64,000 nucleotides of DNA from contig OZ251224.1 of assembly GCA_965240325.2 (NCBI GenBank), positions 2,418,001 through 2,482,000 on the forward strand, read 5' to 3'. The translations under genes and the position numbers were made by a program. A model generated the notes under the pieces. It saw only the letters and a list, made by a program, of their open reading frames with translations. It did not search any database and was not told the DNA's origin. How positions within the stretch are numbered: position 1 is the first letter of the stretch; each line of letters begins with the position of its first letter. Below, in pieces: positions 10,232 to 22,939 of this stretch. The stretch is from Rebecca billardiae RCC1528 (lineage: Eukaryota; Protista; Haptophyta).

Positions 10232-10745
10232 GGAGTTCGGCGGAGCAAGAGGAATATCGATCGACGTATCCTTCTCAGCAGTAACAGCCACATCCTCCGG
10301 TTCTCACCGTTCTCAGCAATAATTATTAATTCATGTACCAACCGAAAGGAACATTTTTCGGCTATTTGGCCTGATTTGACCGGTGCGAATCTGACCAATG
10401 AAAGGACGGCATCAACCCCTGAAAGAACGACCTCGTACCCTTGATGTGAGTAATTGTATCTTGATGAGAATTAGTAGTATCAAATGAGCGATGGTCCACG
10501 GCTCAGCGCGCCGGATCCTGTATTCAACATCCTTCAATCAACTCCTTCGGCTCATCAGGCAACTCAACTCATACTGTACCACTCTTTGAAATGCGCTCAT
10601 CATGTCACTTCTGGAGTCTTCAGCCAAGGGCGGTGCGCAGCGGCGAAGTCTCCTAGGCCGCCTCCCTGTCCTCCTGCGGCCGCGGCACCGGCCGCGGACA
10701 CGGCGCGCGTGGTTGGGCGCCTGCTAGACTCGACAGCACGTAGTA

Positions 10746-11514
10746 CCCTACCACGCTGCGCGCCGTGCCCGCCGGCGCCCTCGCCGTGCCTCGGGCCAGC
10801 CCGCGCCCGCGCGCCGCACCGTGCAAGCAAGCCAGCCAGCCCGCGGTGGCCACGCGCCAGCCAATGGCGCGCACGCGGTGCGCGGTGCGGTCGGCGCGGG
10901 TCGGGCGCGCGCCCGGGGCGAGGCTCACGTATGATGGGCGCGCGCCATGCCGCCTCGCCCCGCCGCACACGAGCTTGATCACGTTCCACGCGGCTGCTGA
11001 AGGGTGCTCGTCGAGCATTCCTCGGCCATCAGTCAGATGAATGAGCTTGGACAAGCGGTGTGAGCGCATCAGTGCGAGGAATGCGACGACGTGGGGACTC
11101 TTGTGCCGTCATATGATGCCAGTCGTTCACACATTCGTGGTCTGCGCATGTCTATCGCGCTTCGCTGCCTTCCCATGATCGTGAGATCGTCTGAAGTCTC
11201 AGAACATGAGCGTTTTCAAACATGGCAATGCACACTCGAAAGTCGACAGCATGAAAACGCGTGCGCGCCGACTCCCATGCGGGCGCCAGCGCGGCGGCGC
11301 GAGGCGGCATGGCTCGCGCCCGTCATACGGGCGCGCCCGACCCACGCCGACCGCACCGCGCACCGCGTGCGTGCCATTGGCTGGCGCGTGGCCACGGCTG
11401 GCCAGCGGCTGCCGCTCTCTTAGTCTCTCTTCAGGTGCGGCGCGCGGGCGCTGGCTAGTAGTGGCCCGAGGCACGGCGAGGGGGCCGGCGGGCACGGCAC
11501 GCAGCGTGGAAGGG
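10746..11514. mobile_element. MITE (~770 bp) with ~220-bp imperfect TIRs and TA TSD (Tc1/mariner-type signature)
   Basis: tagTA|CCCTACCACGCTGCG ... CGCAGCGTGGAAGGG|TActa. Arms about 10746-10967 and 11291-11514 are inverted copies, and the empty site would be the palindrome TAGTACTA. Confidence 0.8.
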
Positions 11515-11525
11515 TACTAAGTATA

Positions 11526-11680
<155 letters not shown>

Positions 11681-12125
11681 TGTGTATATGTGCGTCTAGC
11701 CGTCCTCGTGAACGCCGACGCCCGAACTGCTGGCCGAAGGTGGGCACGCCGCCTGGCATGTCGATGCCGAGGGCGAGGCGGCTGCGTGTGTTCCTACTCA
11801 GTGGGAATGGCATTTACGTGTCCGAAAGATGTTGGTCGGTACACGCGACGCGCCACCCGCGTGCGAGCCGCCGCCGCCGGCGACGCAGGACGAGCTTGGC
11901 TGGAGCCACCTCTCACGCCGCGCCTGGCGAAGCAGGCGGCAGAGGCCGGCGCCGGAAACCGATCTCCTGGGCGGCAGAAAAAACCCGGACAGACTGTTTG
12001 TCCGGGAGCAGCGCCCTTTGAGGCGATGGTCTGGTAGAGGGCGATGTGGCTGATGAGCGGCGCTGGCGCCCGGCGTTCTTGTCGTCCTCTTAGACTGATC
12101 ACTTATTGTACCAATAACCCCCCCC

Positions 12126-12127
<2 letters not shown>

Positions 12128-12172
<45 letters not shown>
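12128..12172. repeat. (TA)n microsatellite
   Basis: Direct reading. Confidence 0.97.
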
Positions 12173-12175
<3 letters not shown>

Positions 12176-12391
12176 TCGGATTATCGCGGTGCGAGATGAT
12201 GCACGTCGCTTGCGCGGCGCGCGGATGACTGAGTGAGATGAGTGCGCGTGCTGCTGGTCCAAGTGGCCAGCGCTATATACCTTTATGTGTAACTACACGC
12301 CAACGGCCAATACGGGCAGGCGTAGTCTCTGACTTCATTTGAGTAGCGTGCTGAGACTGCCGGTGCACGTGCGGAGATGCATGACTCGGTA

Positions 12392-13180
12392 CTAGGCTCC
12401 GACCGACCGCGGTCTACTAGTGTCATCGGAGGTCACTCTTCGTCTCTTGCGATGAGAGTGGGTCGGACTCTCTCGCCACGCGGTGCAGTGCGGCTTGTGT
12501 GCCCGCCACGCGCGCCGCAGGTGGTCGCGCGAGCAGAAGACGGCCACGTGGCACCGCTCGCACTTCCTCATGCCACGGCCCGACTGTGCGCACACCATGC
12601 AGCACTTGGACACCACCTCGCGCTCGCCCGCAAACTCGGCGGCGAGCGTTGCCGCAGGGTCGAGATTGCTGTCGAGCTCGTGAGCACGGCGCAGCAGCCG
12701 CGCACCCTCCTCCACATCGTGCTCCACGCCCTCGCCCGCAAGTGTCAGCCGCCCAAGCTGGAACGAAGCGATTGGCCAATTGCCATCTTTGGCCAGCCGG
12801 TACAAGCGCACTGCCTCTGCCATGTCCTGCGGCACGCCCTCGCCCCCCTCAACGCGCAAGCCCAGGTTGTACTGTGCGCCTGCACAGCCCTGCTCGGCAG
12901 CCAGCCGGTACCCTCAAGGAGGCTGGGGACCACGCACTGCTTCTGCGTGGTCCCCGGCCATTCCACCAATCCCCTTGTGAGAACGTGAGCCGAGATGATA
13001 CTGCGCGTCCGCCGACCCTTGCTCGGCGGCGAAGGTGAGAAGCCGACGCGCCTCGACCACGTCCTATGCGATGCCGTCACCGTCGTCCACGCGCTGGGCG
13101 AGGAGGAACGTGGCGCGCGTGTCGCCCCGTGCCGCCTTGCGCTGAAGCAGCTTCACGCCGGCGCGACGGTGCGCATCCAT
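12392..13180 (-). pseudogene. Sel1-repeat/zf-MYND paralogue (about 4 repeats), disrupted
   Basis: ATG 13180 MDAHRRAGVKLLQRKAARGDTRATFLLAQRVDDGDGIA* with in-frame TAG at 13064-13066, and a short insertion carrying TGA at 12914-12916 in place of the RWY motif. The C-terminal CMVC..CERC..FCSRDH..W..HKPHC MYND finger is intact. Confidence 0.85.
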
Positions 13181-13410
13181 GGAGCGTGCTCACTGGACGG
13201 ACGTGCCCTCGGCGGCTGTGTGGATCGGCGGCGGCGGCCACACCGGCCAGCCCCCAACCGGACCGGAATTTGGTCCGATTTTCAGACTGCAGCAACGGTT
13301 TCGGTGCTTGCTATTTCGGGGCGGCGCCGGCCCGGGCCGCCCGCCCGGCGAGCCGGGAGCTGGCTCCTTTTCGCTGATCAACGCCCCTTCTGCCCCCCGG
13401 CAGCGCGGTC

Positions 13411-14919
13411 ATGGTCATGGAACGCCTGCCCGACGCCGACGCGCCGCTCGGGTACGACACGGCGCTCGCGTGCGTGCGCGGGTGCACCGAGGTCCTGCAC
13501 ACGGCCGACGCCGTCGCCGAGCTCTGCGCCGCCGCGCGCGGCGGCAAGCCACTCGACGAGATCGTCGCGCGCTGGCACGCCGAGTGGCTCCGGCGCGAGG
13601 TCGCGCTCGACCCAGAGCGCGCGGCGCCGTGCCTGCGCGCGGGCGCGCCGCTCGCGCTGCTCGGCTTCTCGGAGGAGAGCGTGGGCCCCGCGGCATGGGC
13701 CGAGTACGAGCACGCGCTGCTGCAGCTGCGCAAGTCCACCCTCTCGCTCGTCGGCGGCGCGCTGCACGGCAAGCCGTGGCGCTGCCGGCGGTGCGCGCCC
13801 GCGCGCGCGCTGCAGTCGGCGGGCGAGGCGCCGCGCGAGGCGCTGCTCCGCGCGCTCGGCCGGATCGAGGCCATCTTCGCCGACCAGCGCGCCGCCGCCG
13901 ACCTCCGCGCCGCCGCCGCCGCGGGCGAGGACCCGGCGCGCGTCTCGGCCAAGTGGACCGCCGAGGCGCTCGAGGGCGCGGGCCTCGAGCGCGGGCTCGG
14001 CGCGAGCGCGGTGCGCGCGGCGGCGAGCGAGCGCGCGGCGGACGCGGAGCTGCTCCGCGCGCACGCGCGCGCCGAGGCCGCCCGCGCCGCTGCGCTCGCC
14101 GCCGCGCGCGTGCCCGCCGCCGCCGCCTCGGGCGGGCACGCCCCACGCCGCTACCCGCCCGCCGCCGAGCTGCGCGCGGCGGGCGCGCTCGAGCCGGGCG
14201 CGCTCGCGCGCGTGGCCGCGCGGCTCGAGGCGGCGCTGGACGAGGACGGCGAGGACCTCGCGGCGGAGGCGCGGCGGACGCGCGCCTCGCGCGCCGCCGT
14301 CGGCGCGCGCTGGCTCGCCGAGCTCTGCGAGGCGGAGGGCATGGCGCACGACTGGGCGGCGCGCGCGCTCGCCGCCGCGGCGGGTGACGCGGCCGAGCCG
14401 GGCGCGCGCGGCGACGCGATGCGCGCGCTGCACGCGGCCGTGCGCCGGCTCGGCCGGCTCGCGGACGAGGGCGGTGCGCCGGCGGGCCCGGCCTCGCCGG
14501 GCGCGCCGCTCGCCTCGCCGGCGTCGCCCCACGCCCCGCCGCCCGCGCTCGTCCCGCGCCTCAACCTCCGCCAGCAGCGCATCTCGACCTCGTCGACCGC
14601 GACTGGCGGCACCGGCGCGCACTGCTGCTCGACGCGCGTGCCGTCGCGCGCACCCGCGCCCGCGTTCGACCCGGTGGTGATCGCCAACGCGAAGACGAAC
14701 CGGCCGGTGCGCCCCGGCTCGGCGCGCGTGCGCGTGCGCCCGGGCTGGTCGCCCGTCGTCGTCGGCGGCGAGGCCGACCGCTGGTCGTCAATGAGCACGC
14801 TCACGCCGCGCTCTGAGGCGTCGACCGCGCCTCGCACGCCGCGCGCGCCGCTGCCGACGCCGCGCACGCTGCAGCTCGGCGCGCTCGGCCGCGCGCCGCT
14901 CGGCAGCGGCGCGCGGTGA
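13411..14919 (+). CDS. Hypothetical protein (502 aa, Ala-rich helical)
   Basis: Long ATG ORF with GC3-biased codons and normal amino-acid composition. No family recognised. Confidence 0.7.
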   Translation: MVMERLPDADAPLGYDTALACVRGCTEVLHTADAVAELCAAARGGKPLDEIVARWHAEWLRREVALDPERAAPCLRAGAPLALLGFSEESVGPAAWAEYEHALLQLRKSTLSLVGGALHGKPWRCRRCAPARALQSAGEAPREALLRALGRIEAIFADQRAAADLRAAAAAGEDPARVSAKWTAEALEGAGLERGLGASAVRAAASERAADAELLRAHARAEAARAAALAAARVPAAAASGGHAPRRYPPAAELRAAGALEPGALARVAARLEAALDEDGEDLAAEARRTRASRAAVGARWLAELCEAEGMAHDWAARALAAAAGDAAEPGARGDAMRALHAAVRRLGRLADEGGAPAGPASPGAPLASPASPHAPPPALVPRLNLRQQRISTSSTATGGTGAHCCSTRVPSRAPAPAFDPVVIANAKTNRPVRPGSARVRVRPGWSPVVVGGEADRWSSMSTLTPRSEASTAPRTPRAPLPTPRTLQLGALGRAPLGSGAR

Positions 14920-15575
14920 GGCCCCCCGCCGCCACGGCGCGCGCGCGCGCGCGACATGCGGCCCGATCGCCGCGCGCCCTGCGCGCTGGCCGCGAGTGAC
15001 TTCCTGCGGAAGTTGCCCGTGTTGAGACTTGGAGACTCGCTGTCTCGATGAGTCGATCTCATCATCTCACTCAGCCGACTCAGCGTGCATCAGGGCCCCT
15101 GCGCGGATCATGACGACAAACAACGTCGTGGCTCAAGCCAGGCTGTCTCTGATGCTGCCGGTACAACGCGAGAATCATCGTCGCCTCATGATGCTGTACA
15201 ATGCGTCATGATCCATTCTCGGAATGACTTCAGATCCGACAGATGTCAGATGTCAGATGGGCATGGCACTCGGGCCACTCGGCATCGGTCGCATCGGCCA
15301 ATGTCCGAGCAGTCCGAGATAATTCAGATAATATATACGACTACGACCTCACCCTCATCCAAGTGCTCCGGAAGGCGCTCGGCCGCGGCGGCATCTGCCG
15401 TCGCCGCCGCGTGCCCCAGGCCGAGGCGGTGCTCCATCCCGGCCCCGCTCCCGCGTAGGCCGTAGGGGGGCAGGGCTGCGGGTGGCGCACTGTCTGACCT
15501 GGACGGAAGGCGCGGACGCATTCTATGTGTCTGTTGCACTCTGAGCCTGACGCTTGTCCGATGCTGCCACGTCGT

Positions 15576-15577
<2 letters not shown>

Positions 15578-15631
<54 letters not shown>
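15578..15631. repeat. (TA)n microsatellite
   Basis: Direct reading. Confidence 0.97.
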
Positions 15632-15634
<3 letters not shown>

Positions 15635-16040
15635 CGCGCGTATAATAAATTGATGCTGAGGCTCCGGCCGGTGCCCGGCGCGGGCCGGTGAGCCGTGAGC
15701 CGCTTCAAGTTATTATACTGCCCAATTAGTCACATATCACTCACAGTCTGCCGCAAGGCTAATAAGTAAAAAGTAATATAAAGCGATTCTATCTAACGAG
15801 ATATACTGAATTTCAATCAATAACTGAGCAGGCTGCTTTCCCAGGCATGATACTCATTCGTCGTCGATCGGCCGCGCCCATCAAGGCTGTGATGGATATC
15901 ATCAGTCGTCGTCAGTCCAATCCATATGGCAGATTCGGCCCGGCCGGGGTCGGGGAGGCCGCGGAGCGGCGGAGCAGCAGGTTCGGGACCAACGGTATAC
16001 GATGCTCCATCCACTCGCCGCATCGTGACAGTCGTCGTCG

Positions 16041-17375
16041 TCACCACGTGTACAGCGACTTGTCGCCCTGCCTCGCGGCGGCCCCGCCCTTGCTGCGCGC
16101 GAGCAGCTCAAAGTGGTACCGCAGGATCGCGTGCGAGTAGCCCGACTGCCGCCGCGCGCAGTGCTTGCACATCGGCTTGGGGCCGAGCCGCGTCGCCGAG
16201 TGCCCGCTCAGCGGCGGCGCGCACACGAGCAGCGTCGTCGCGTGCGCGCACACGAGCTGCTCGACGAGGCCGCGCTCGCCCGCGTCGGGGATCGCGCGCA
16301 TGGCCGCCTGCAGCTGCTCGTGCAGCGGCAGCGCGTCTCGCAGCAGCGCAAGCGCGTGCCGCGCGCCGCTCGCGTTGCGCTCATTGTATGTCGCAGAGTT
16401 CCCCGGGTAGAGGTCAGTGACGAGGACGGCCGCGTCGGCCGCGCCCATGCCGCGCACGCGCTCGCGCCGCCCGGCGGCGTACGCGGCGCCGAGCGCGGTT
16501 GCGCACGGCACGACGCCGGGCGACTCGGCCTCGGGCTTCTCCGAGCGCCACTGCACGCACGCCAGCCGCGCGCCCGGCCGCAGCGCCGCGTGGTACAGCG
16601 CGCCGGCGAATCGGCGCAAGTGCGGCGCTATGCCAAACGCCGGGACGGGCGGCGAGCGGCTGGTCGAGGCGCTGCGCTCGCGCGGCGTGAGGCGGAGGAG
16701 GCTGAGCGGGTCGTCCACGTTTGAGCGCGAGAAGCCGTGCAGCACGAGCACCGGCGCGTCCTCGTACGCCGCGAGCCAGCTGCGCACGCGCGACTTGAAC
16801 CCCGCCTTTGAGCGCAGCGCGCCGATCCCCGCCTCGCTCGGCTTGGCGCGCCGCACGGCCGGCGCGCCCAGCCGGTCGGGGAAGAGGCGCTGCAGGTGGA
16901 AGAAGTCGGCCTGCGCGATGATCGGCACGTAGCGGCACGCGCGGCCCAGGTCGAGGTACTCCGACAGCCGCTCCACGTTGCGCAGGCACGCGGCCGCCGC
17001 TGCGACCGTCCGCGGCGCGCCGTGCACGCAGGGGTCCGAGCTCGGCCGGGGCACGCCAAAGTTGCGCGACGAGAGCATCGTCGGCTCGACGAGCACGCGT
17101 CCGAGCGCGCGCGCGAAGAAGAGCGCGTCGCCGGCGAAGCCGATGAACTTGTTCAGCTGCTCGTTCGAGAACTCGATCGCGAGGAACTTGCTCTCGTTGC
17201 GCAGCGTCGGCCGCGCGCAGCCGGCGATCGGCGAGTCGCTGCTCGCGCGCCGCACGCGGTCGGACGGGTCGAGCTGCGGCAGCGGGCGCTCCGGCACGCC
17301 GCCGAGCGGCGGCGGCAGCGCGAGCGCCAGCCGCAGCAGCAGCACCGCCGCCGCGCCCGGCGGCCGATGCCGCAT
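16041..17375 (-). CDS. GDP-fucose O-fucosyltransferase-like glycosyltransferase
   Basis: N-terminal hydrophobic anchor; NEQLNK..ALFFARALGRVLVEP, ACVQWRSE, VLVTD and GLVEQLVCAHA motifs typical of the O-FucT fold. First ATG at 17375. Confidence 0.78.
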   Translation of the reverse strand: MRHRPPGAAAVLLLRLALALPPPLGGVPERPLPQLDPSDRVRRASSDSPIAGCARPTLRNESKFLAIEFSNEQLNKFIGFAGDALFFARALGRVLVEPTMLSSRNFGVPRPSSDPCVHGAPRTVAAAAACLRNVERLSEYLDLGRACRYVPIIAQADFFHLQRLFPDRLGAPAVRRAKPSEAGIGALRSKAGFKSRVRSWLAAYEDAPVLVLHGFSRSNVDDPLSLLRLTPRERSASTSRSPPVPAFGIAPHLRRFAGALYHAALRPGARLACVQWRSEKPEAESPGVVPCATALGAAYAAGRRERVRGMGAADAAVLVTDLYPGNSATYNERNASGARHALALLRDALPLHEQLQAAMRAIPDAGERGLVEQLVCAHATTLLVCAPPLSGHSATRLGPKPMCKHCARRQSGYSHAILRYHFELLARSKGGAAARQGDKSLYTW

Positions 17376-17446
17376 CCTCACGCCCCCAAACCGGTGCCGC
17401 GTGCAGCTGCTGCTCGCTCAGGCTGGTCTTGACAGTAGTGCGTCGA

Positions 17447-20068
17447 CGGGGAACTTACAGTCAGACGCTCTGAATCGGCCCCCTCGCTCAGAGCGCTCTG
17501 AGCGAGGGGCCGATTCAGAGGGTTTTCCGCCCGCCCCACTGGCGAGCGCGGTGCGGGACGTACATCGCACTGGGGCGGTGCTCAGCACTGCACTCACGGC
17601 TCGCCGCGATGTGTTCGGGCGGTGGACGGGGCTGAATCGGCCGAGAGTGACGGTGCGATGGGCCGTGGTGACTCTGCCATCACCCAGTGATCTCGTGCGG
17701 TGCCAGCTCGCCCTTCGCTTCGTCGCCACTCGCACTCGCACCAGTCGCGTGCGCCCATGGCTTGCCTTTCGCGCGCTGTGTTCCCGCGCAGTGTGTGCTT
17801 GGTAGCAGGGTGCTGGTGGCCGGTGGTTGCCGGCGCGGAGGAACGAAATGTTTGCAGCTACGCTACATCCCAGACGCCATGTGCCCGTCCTCGTCGAGCG
17901 ATGGACAGACACGCGTGTCGCGCATGCGCTCGCGGAAGCAGGCTGCACGGCGGCGCGCGGGCCTGGCTGCACGCGCAGGACAAGCTGCACCACACAGCTG
18001 CCCCCGCCATGAGCCCCAGCTGCGTACGCACACCGTTTCCGTGTTGTCTGATCCGCCAGGCCGACACGGTGCGGAGACTGCGTGCGTGAGACACCAACAG
18101 TCAGCGGCCACAGCGCACACGGTTGCGTGCGGCAGCAATCTGGCTTACAGCTTTCTCTCGGAAGCGATGGCCACGTCGACCGGCTGGCAACGTCGGTGCG
18201 CTAAGCGATGGCGCGACATCGCTGCTACCTGCCGTTGGGGACCCCTCGCGCAAGAAAGCCCTCGTTCCTCGTCGGAAGGGCGGGCGCGACCGCGCCACGC
18301 CTCCCTCGCGCTGCTCGCTCGCATTGCTCACGGCCACGCTTGCGCTCACGCTCGCGACATCGGCCGCGCCACCGCCCGTGGTAGTGAGCTCGGTCACCAC
18401 CGCCGTGGTGCTTTCGGGTGCTTTACGTTTGCCCTGGCCTACCGTGCGCCGGCAGCCGCCAGGCGAGTGCATTGGCCTCCGGCCGGCAGGGCGGCCGTTC
18501 TCACTCTGCGAGTGCGCGCGCTGGGGCGAACTGCTTCGGCATGCCCGGCATCCTGATTCAGACGGCAAGTGCATCTGCATCCGCCCGACACGCCGCCCAC
18601 TGAGCGCCAGGCGCCGGACCGATGGTGCTATTGCTGCAGCTGAGCGGACCTGGTGCCGAGCGTCTGACGCTGTGCATGTTGCGAAACCCACCGCTATTGC
18701 CGCACCCGTCCGCATGCGCATGGGTCAGCGCTGCTTGAGGTGCGGCCTCCACCATCGGCACCGCCGCCGAAGTGCCAGACGCGGAAGGGGCTGTCTCGCC
18801 CACGTACAGCGCTAAGCTGCGCGCCGGGCGGGACACGCCCACCACGCCCGGCGGGTACGAAGTCCTCCTAAGGCTCCGAGCGCCGACGCTGTACGCGGTG
18901 ACGAGTTGAGCCCTGCTGCACAGCTTCTGCAAACGCCAAGTCTCGGACTCTGCGCAAGCTGGATTTTTATTTTAATTAAAATCCCTGCAAGGCGGAATGT
19001 AAAAAGAGGCTGCATAAAATCCCAATCCACAAGTCATCTCCCCTCATAACGCTGGTACGGCTGCGTTGAAGCTGCCAACGCGAGCCACAACAGTTGCTGT
19101 CCCAGCCGCAGCATCTGCAGCAGCTGCTTGGAGCAGGACTCCCGCGACAGCGACCCCCCGAAGCACCTTCCCGCGCGGCTGCTCGGACGACGGTGTCCTC
19201 AGATTGCCGCCGCTCAGCCGATCGTCGAGCCACAGCTGCCGGAGGTGCAAGGGCTGCGAGTGCTGTTGGCGATATGTCAGCAAGTGCGGGTGTGCCAGCG
19301 GCAGCGATGGGGCGACTGCCACCGGCGCGGTTGCTGTTTCATCAATCGAAGCAACGGCTGCATCAGCTGCTGCGCGCCGCCGCATGTGCCAGTGACCTGT
19401 GTGCGCCGTGGCCGCTGACTGTCGGTGTCTCACGCAGTCTCCGCGCGGTGTCGGCCTGGCGGATCAGACAACACGGAAGAGGTGTGCGTACGCAGCTGGG
19501 GCTCATGGCGGGGGCAGCTGTGTGGTGCAGCTTGTCCTGCGCGTGCAGCCAGGCCCGCGCGCCGCTGTGCAGCCTGCTTCCGCGAGCGCATGCGCGACAC
19601 GCGTGTCTGTCCATCGCTCGACGAGGACGGGCACATGGCGTCTGGGATGTAGCGTAGCTGCAAACATTTCGTTCCTCCGCGCCGGCAACCACCGGCCACC
19701 AGCACCCTGCTACCAAGCACACACTGCGCGGGAACACAGCGCGCGAAAGGCAAGCCATGGGCGCACGCGACTGGTGCGAGTGCGAGTGGCGACGAAGCGA
19801 AGGGCGAGCTGGCACCGCACGAGATCACTGGGTGATGGCAGAGTCACCACGGCCCATCGCACCGTCACTCTCGGCCGATTCAGCCCCGTCCACCGCCCGA
19901 ACACATCGCGGCGCGCCGTGAGTGCAGTGCTGAGCACCGCCCCAGTGCGATGTGCGTCCCGCACCGCGCTCGCCAGTGGGGCGGGCGGAAAACCCTCTGA
20001 ATCGGCCCCTCGCTCAGAGCGCTCTGAGCGAGGGGGCCGATTCAGAGCGTCTGACTGTAAGTTCCCCG
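17447..20068. mobile_element. Element A: non-autonomous foldback element, ~675-bp TIRs, 9-bp TSD (Mutator-like signature)
   Basis: GTGCGTCGA at 17438-17446 and 20069-20077; ends CGGGGAACTTACAG...CTGTAAGTTCCCCG; near-identical arms about 17447-18122 and 19398-20068; no transposase ORF. Confidence 0.92.
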
Positions 20069-20949
20069 GTGCGTCGATTCATTCCTCGGCACGATGGAGG
20101 CCGAGCTGGTTGTCCCGACCGGTCCAGACCTCAGGATTATCCTAGATCTGCAGTAAGGTCTGGCGTTTGCCACTGGCGACTGCACACGGCAACAGGGGCG
20201 TTTGCGCCCTGTTGTCGTGTGCACACTGGGGCGCAAAAGGGGTCACCCTCAGGGGGTTTCGCACTGCTGTTGCCGTGTGCACCGGCCCGCTGTGGCCGTG
20301 CACACGGCAACAGGGCGCAAACGGCCCTGTTGCCGTGTGCAGGCGTGCATGGCTTGCGATGGCAGCCAGCCGTCAGCAGGGCGCCACGCCCACTGTTCGT
20401 TGGTAGGCTGGCCCGATGGCGTCGCGGAGCTCACGCGTACGGGGGAGGAGGGCATCGACGAGGAGACGACCAAGGGCGAGAAGCAGCAGGGGGCACGCAG
20501 CACGGGGCTCGGAGCATGCCGCGAGCACGCGTGCCTCCACACCGTCGCACATCAACCTTGCTCGTAGCTGTGCGCTGTGCTGCCACTCATCTCACCATCG
20601 CCCATGCTACGGGCGCGGCCGGGTGGTGGGCATCTACCTGTCGGCGCAGCACTGGCACCGGTGGTCGCCAGACACTCCTCGACTTGCTCTGCGCGTCACA
20701 GCAAGGAGACGGCAGCGGCACAGCTGTGTGAGCTCGCAGATGAAGTGCTCCTCTGCTTTGCGAGGCTGAGAGGCTGAGCACGCGTGGCGAGCGCTGGCAT
20801 TCCCCCGCATTCATGAGACCAACAGGTACATAGCCGTGCCCAGGAGCGCAGGACCAACCGCCGGGTGCTGCTTCAAACACCTGCGCCCCACTCTGCCGGC
20901 AGGCTGAGGGGCGCTCTACTCTATGCTGCACGCGGCAGCAGCAGCTGGG

Positions 20950-22100
20950 CCGTTGGGATGGTCCTGCACGGATGACGGCGGTCGCCGCGGCTGACAGCTT
21001 GGTGTCACTGGTTCGAAGGGCCTGGACGACGGACGCGCCGAGCGTGGTGACGCTGCTCGATGCGCCCACGGCACTGCCAAGCGCGCTGGAGCCGCTGCCT
21101 CGAGCACTACTGTGCCCGCGCCCAGCTTGGGCAGCAGCAGCTGCGCTCAACTCCGCGCCGCGTGCCGTGGCAGCAGCAGGGATGGTGCCACGGCGGCCGG
21201 CGGCGGTCGACGGAGCTGTCGGCTCGGCGGTGCACGCCCGAGGGGCCTGGGCGGTGGGCGCACCGAACGCGGTGCCGCTGCTCGCCTCGCCCATGGCGCT
21301 GGAGCCGCTGCCATCCGACGCTGCTGCGCCCGCGCCAAGCTTGGGCAGCAGCGGCTGCGCTCGACTCCGCGCCGCGTGGGGCGGCAGCACCAGGGATGGT
21401 GCTACGGCGGGCGACGACGGTCGCTAGAGCTGAAAGCTCGGCGGTGTGCGCCTGAGGGGCCTGGGCGGTGGGCGCACCGAACGCGGTGCCGCTGCTCGCC
21501 TCGCCCATGGCGCTGGAGCCGCTGCCATCCGACGCTGCTGCGCCCGCGCCAAGCTTGGGCAGCAGCGGCTGCGCTCGACTCCGCGCAGAGTGCGGCGGCA
21601 GCAGCAGGGATGGTGCCACGGCGGGCGGCGGCGGTCGACGGAGCTGTCGGCTCGGCGGTGCACGCCCGAGGGGCCTGGGCGCTGGACGCACCGAACGCGG
21701 TGCCGCTGCTCGCCTCGCCCATGGCGCTGGAGCCGCTGCCATCCGACGCTGCTGCACCCGCGCCAAGCTTGCGCAGCAGCGGCTGCGCTCGACTCCGCGC
21801 CGCGTGGGGCGGCAGCAGCAGGGATGGTGCTACGGTGGGCGACGACGCTAGAGCTGAAAGCTCGGCGGTGTGCGCCTGAGGGGCCTGGGCGGTGGGTGCA
21901 TTGAGCGCGCTGACGCCTCTCGCCTCGCCCGGCGCGCTCGAGCCGCTGCCATCCGATGCTGCCGCGCCCGCGCCCTGTCGCGCCGAGTGCGGCTGCAGCA
22001 TCAGGGATGGCGCCACGGCGGGCGGGCGGCGGTGCATGCAGCTAGCAGCTCGGTGCTGCACGCGCGAGGGGCCTGGGCGGCAGACGCGCGCAATGCAGTG
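20950..22100 (+). repeat. ~213-bp tandem repeat, about 5 copies
   Basis: CT(G/C)GAGCCGCTGCC anchor at 21086, 21299, 21513, 21727 and 21937. Confidence 0.92.
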
Positions 22101-22939
22101 ACGCTGATGCACGCGTCAGGCGCGCTGGCCAGCCCCCGGAGCTGTTGCTACGACACTTCTTCTGTCCTGCTGCGAGCCGAGCCGCCAGCAGGTTCCGGGG
22201 CGGGCAATGCCGGTCAGCTCATATTCATAAGGCCGGCGGCGCATACCAGTCGTAGCCCGGCAGGTAGGCGATGCAGAAGTTATCAGCAGCATCATGCATC
22301 GTCATCACTACATCAGCATCTGCCTAGACGAGTACGACGTAAGAACTCTTTAAATTATCCACGCGTACTACGGCACCGAGCATATATCTCGAATCATCGT
22401 CAATCTGCTCCGACTAGCCGTTCAGAGCGGTACTCCGACTACGACGATGCATCAGCCAGCTCCGGGGCGGCGGCTGTCCGACACTCTGCCGTCATGTGCG
22501 TATATATATATCTGAAGTGACTCTTACTCCACCTAGCGGTCTATCCGGATCGGTACCCTGGCGGCGGTGTTGTCGTCTGTCCGCCGTCACAGCCTGACTG
22601 CTCGCGTAGCTAGTCACTTATCAGTGATGTGATGGTCTCGTCGTCCGCGTCCGGCCGGACTGTCGCGACGACAAGTCGTGCTGGGCCTGGCGGCTCACAG
22701 TGTAAGTTAGTAGAAGCTAACTCATCAATGTACGAGCATCAGTAGTGAGCAGCAGCAGTAGCAGCTCGACTGCTGGCGTCATCACCGTGCTACACTCCGG
22801 CGCGACACGGTCACGGTCAGCTGGTCAGCAGTCTATACTTATACGCCGGGACCGTAGTACTGTAGTAGAGTACGTATGATACAGTAGTTTTAACGACGAC
22901 CGGTCGGCGCGCGTGCCAAGCAGCACTCAGCACCGCCCG

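Noticed and set aside
12914-13066. Stop-codon readthrough or recoding in the short Sel1 copy
   Set aside because: TAG is a plausible CAG-to-TAG change and TGA lies in a motif-breaking insertion. Other genes use TAG/TGA as stops, so pseudogenisation is simpler.
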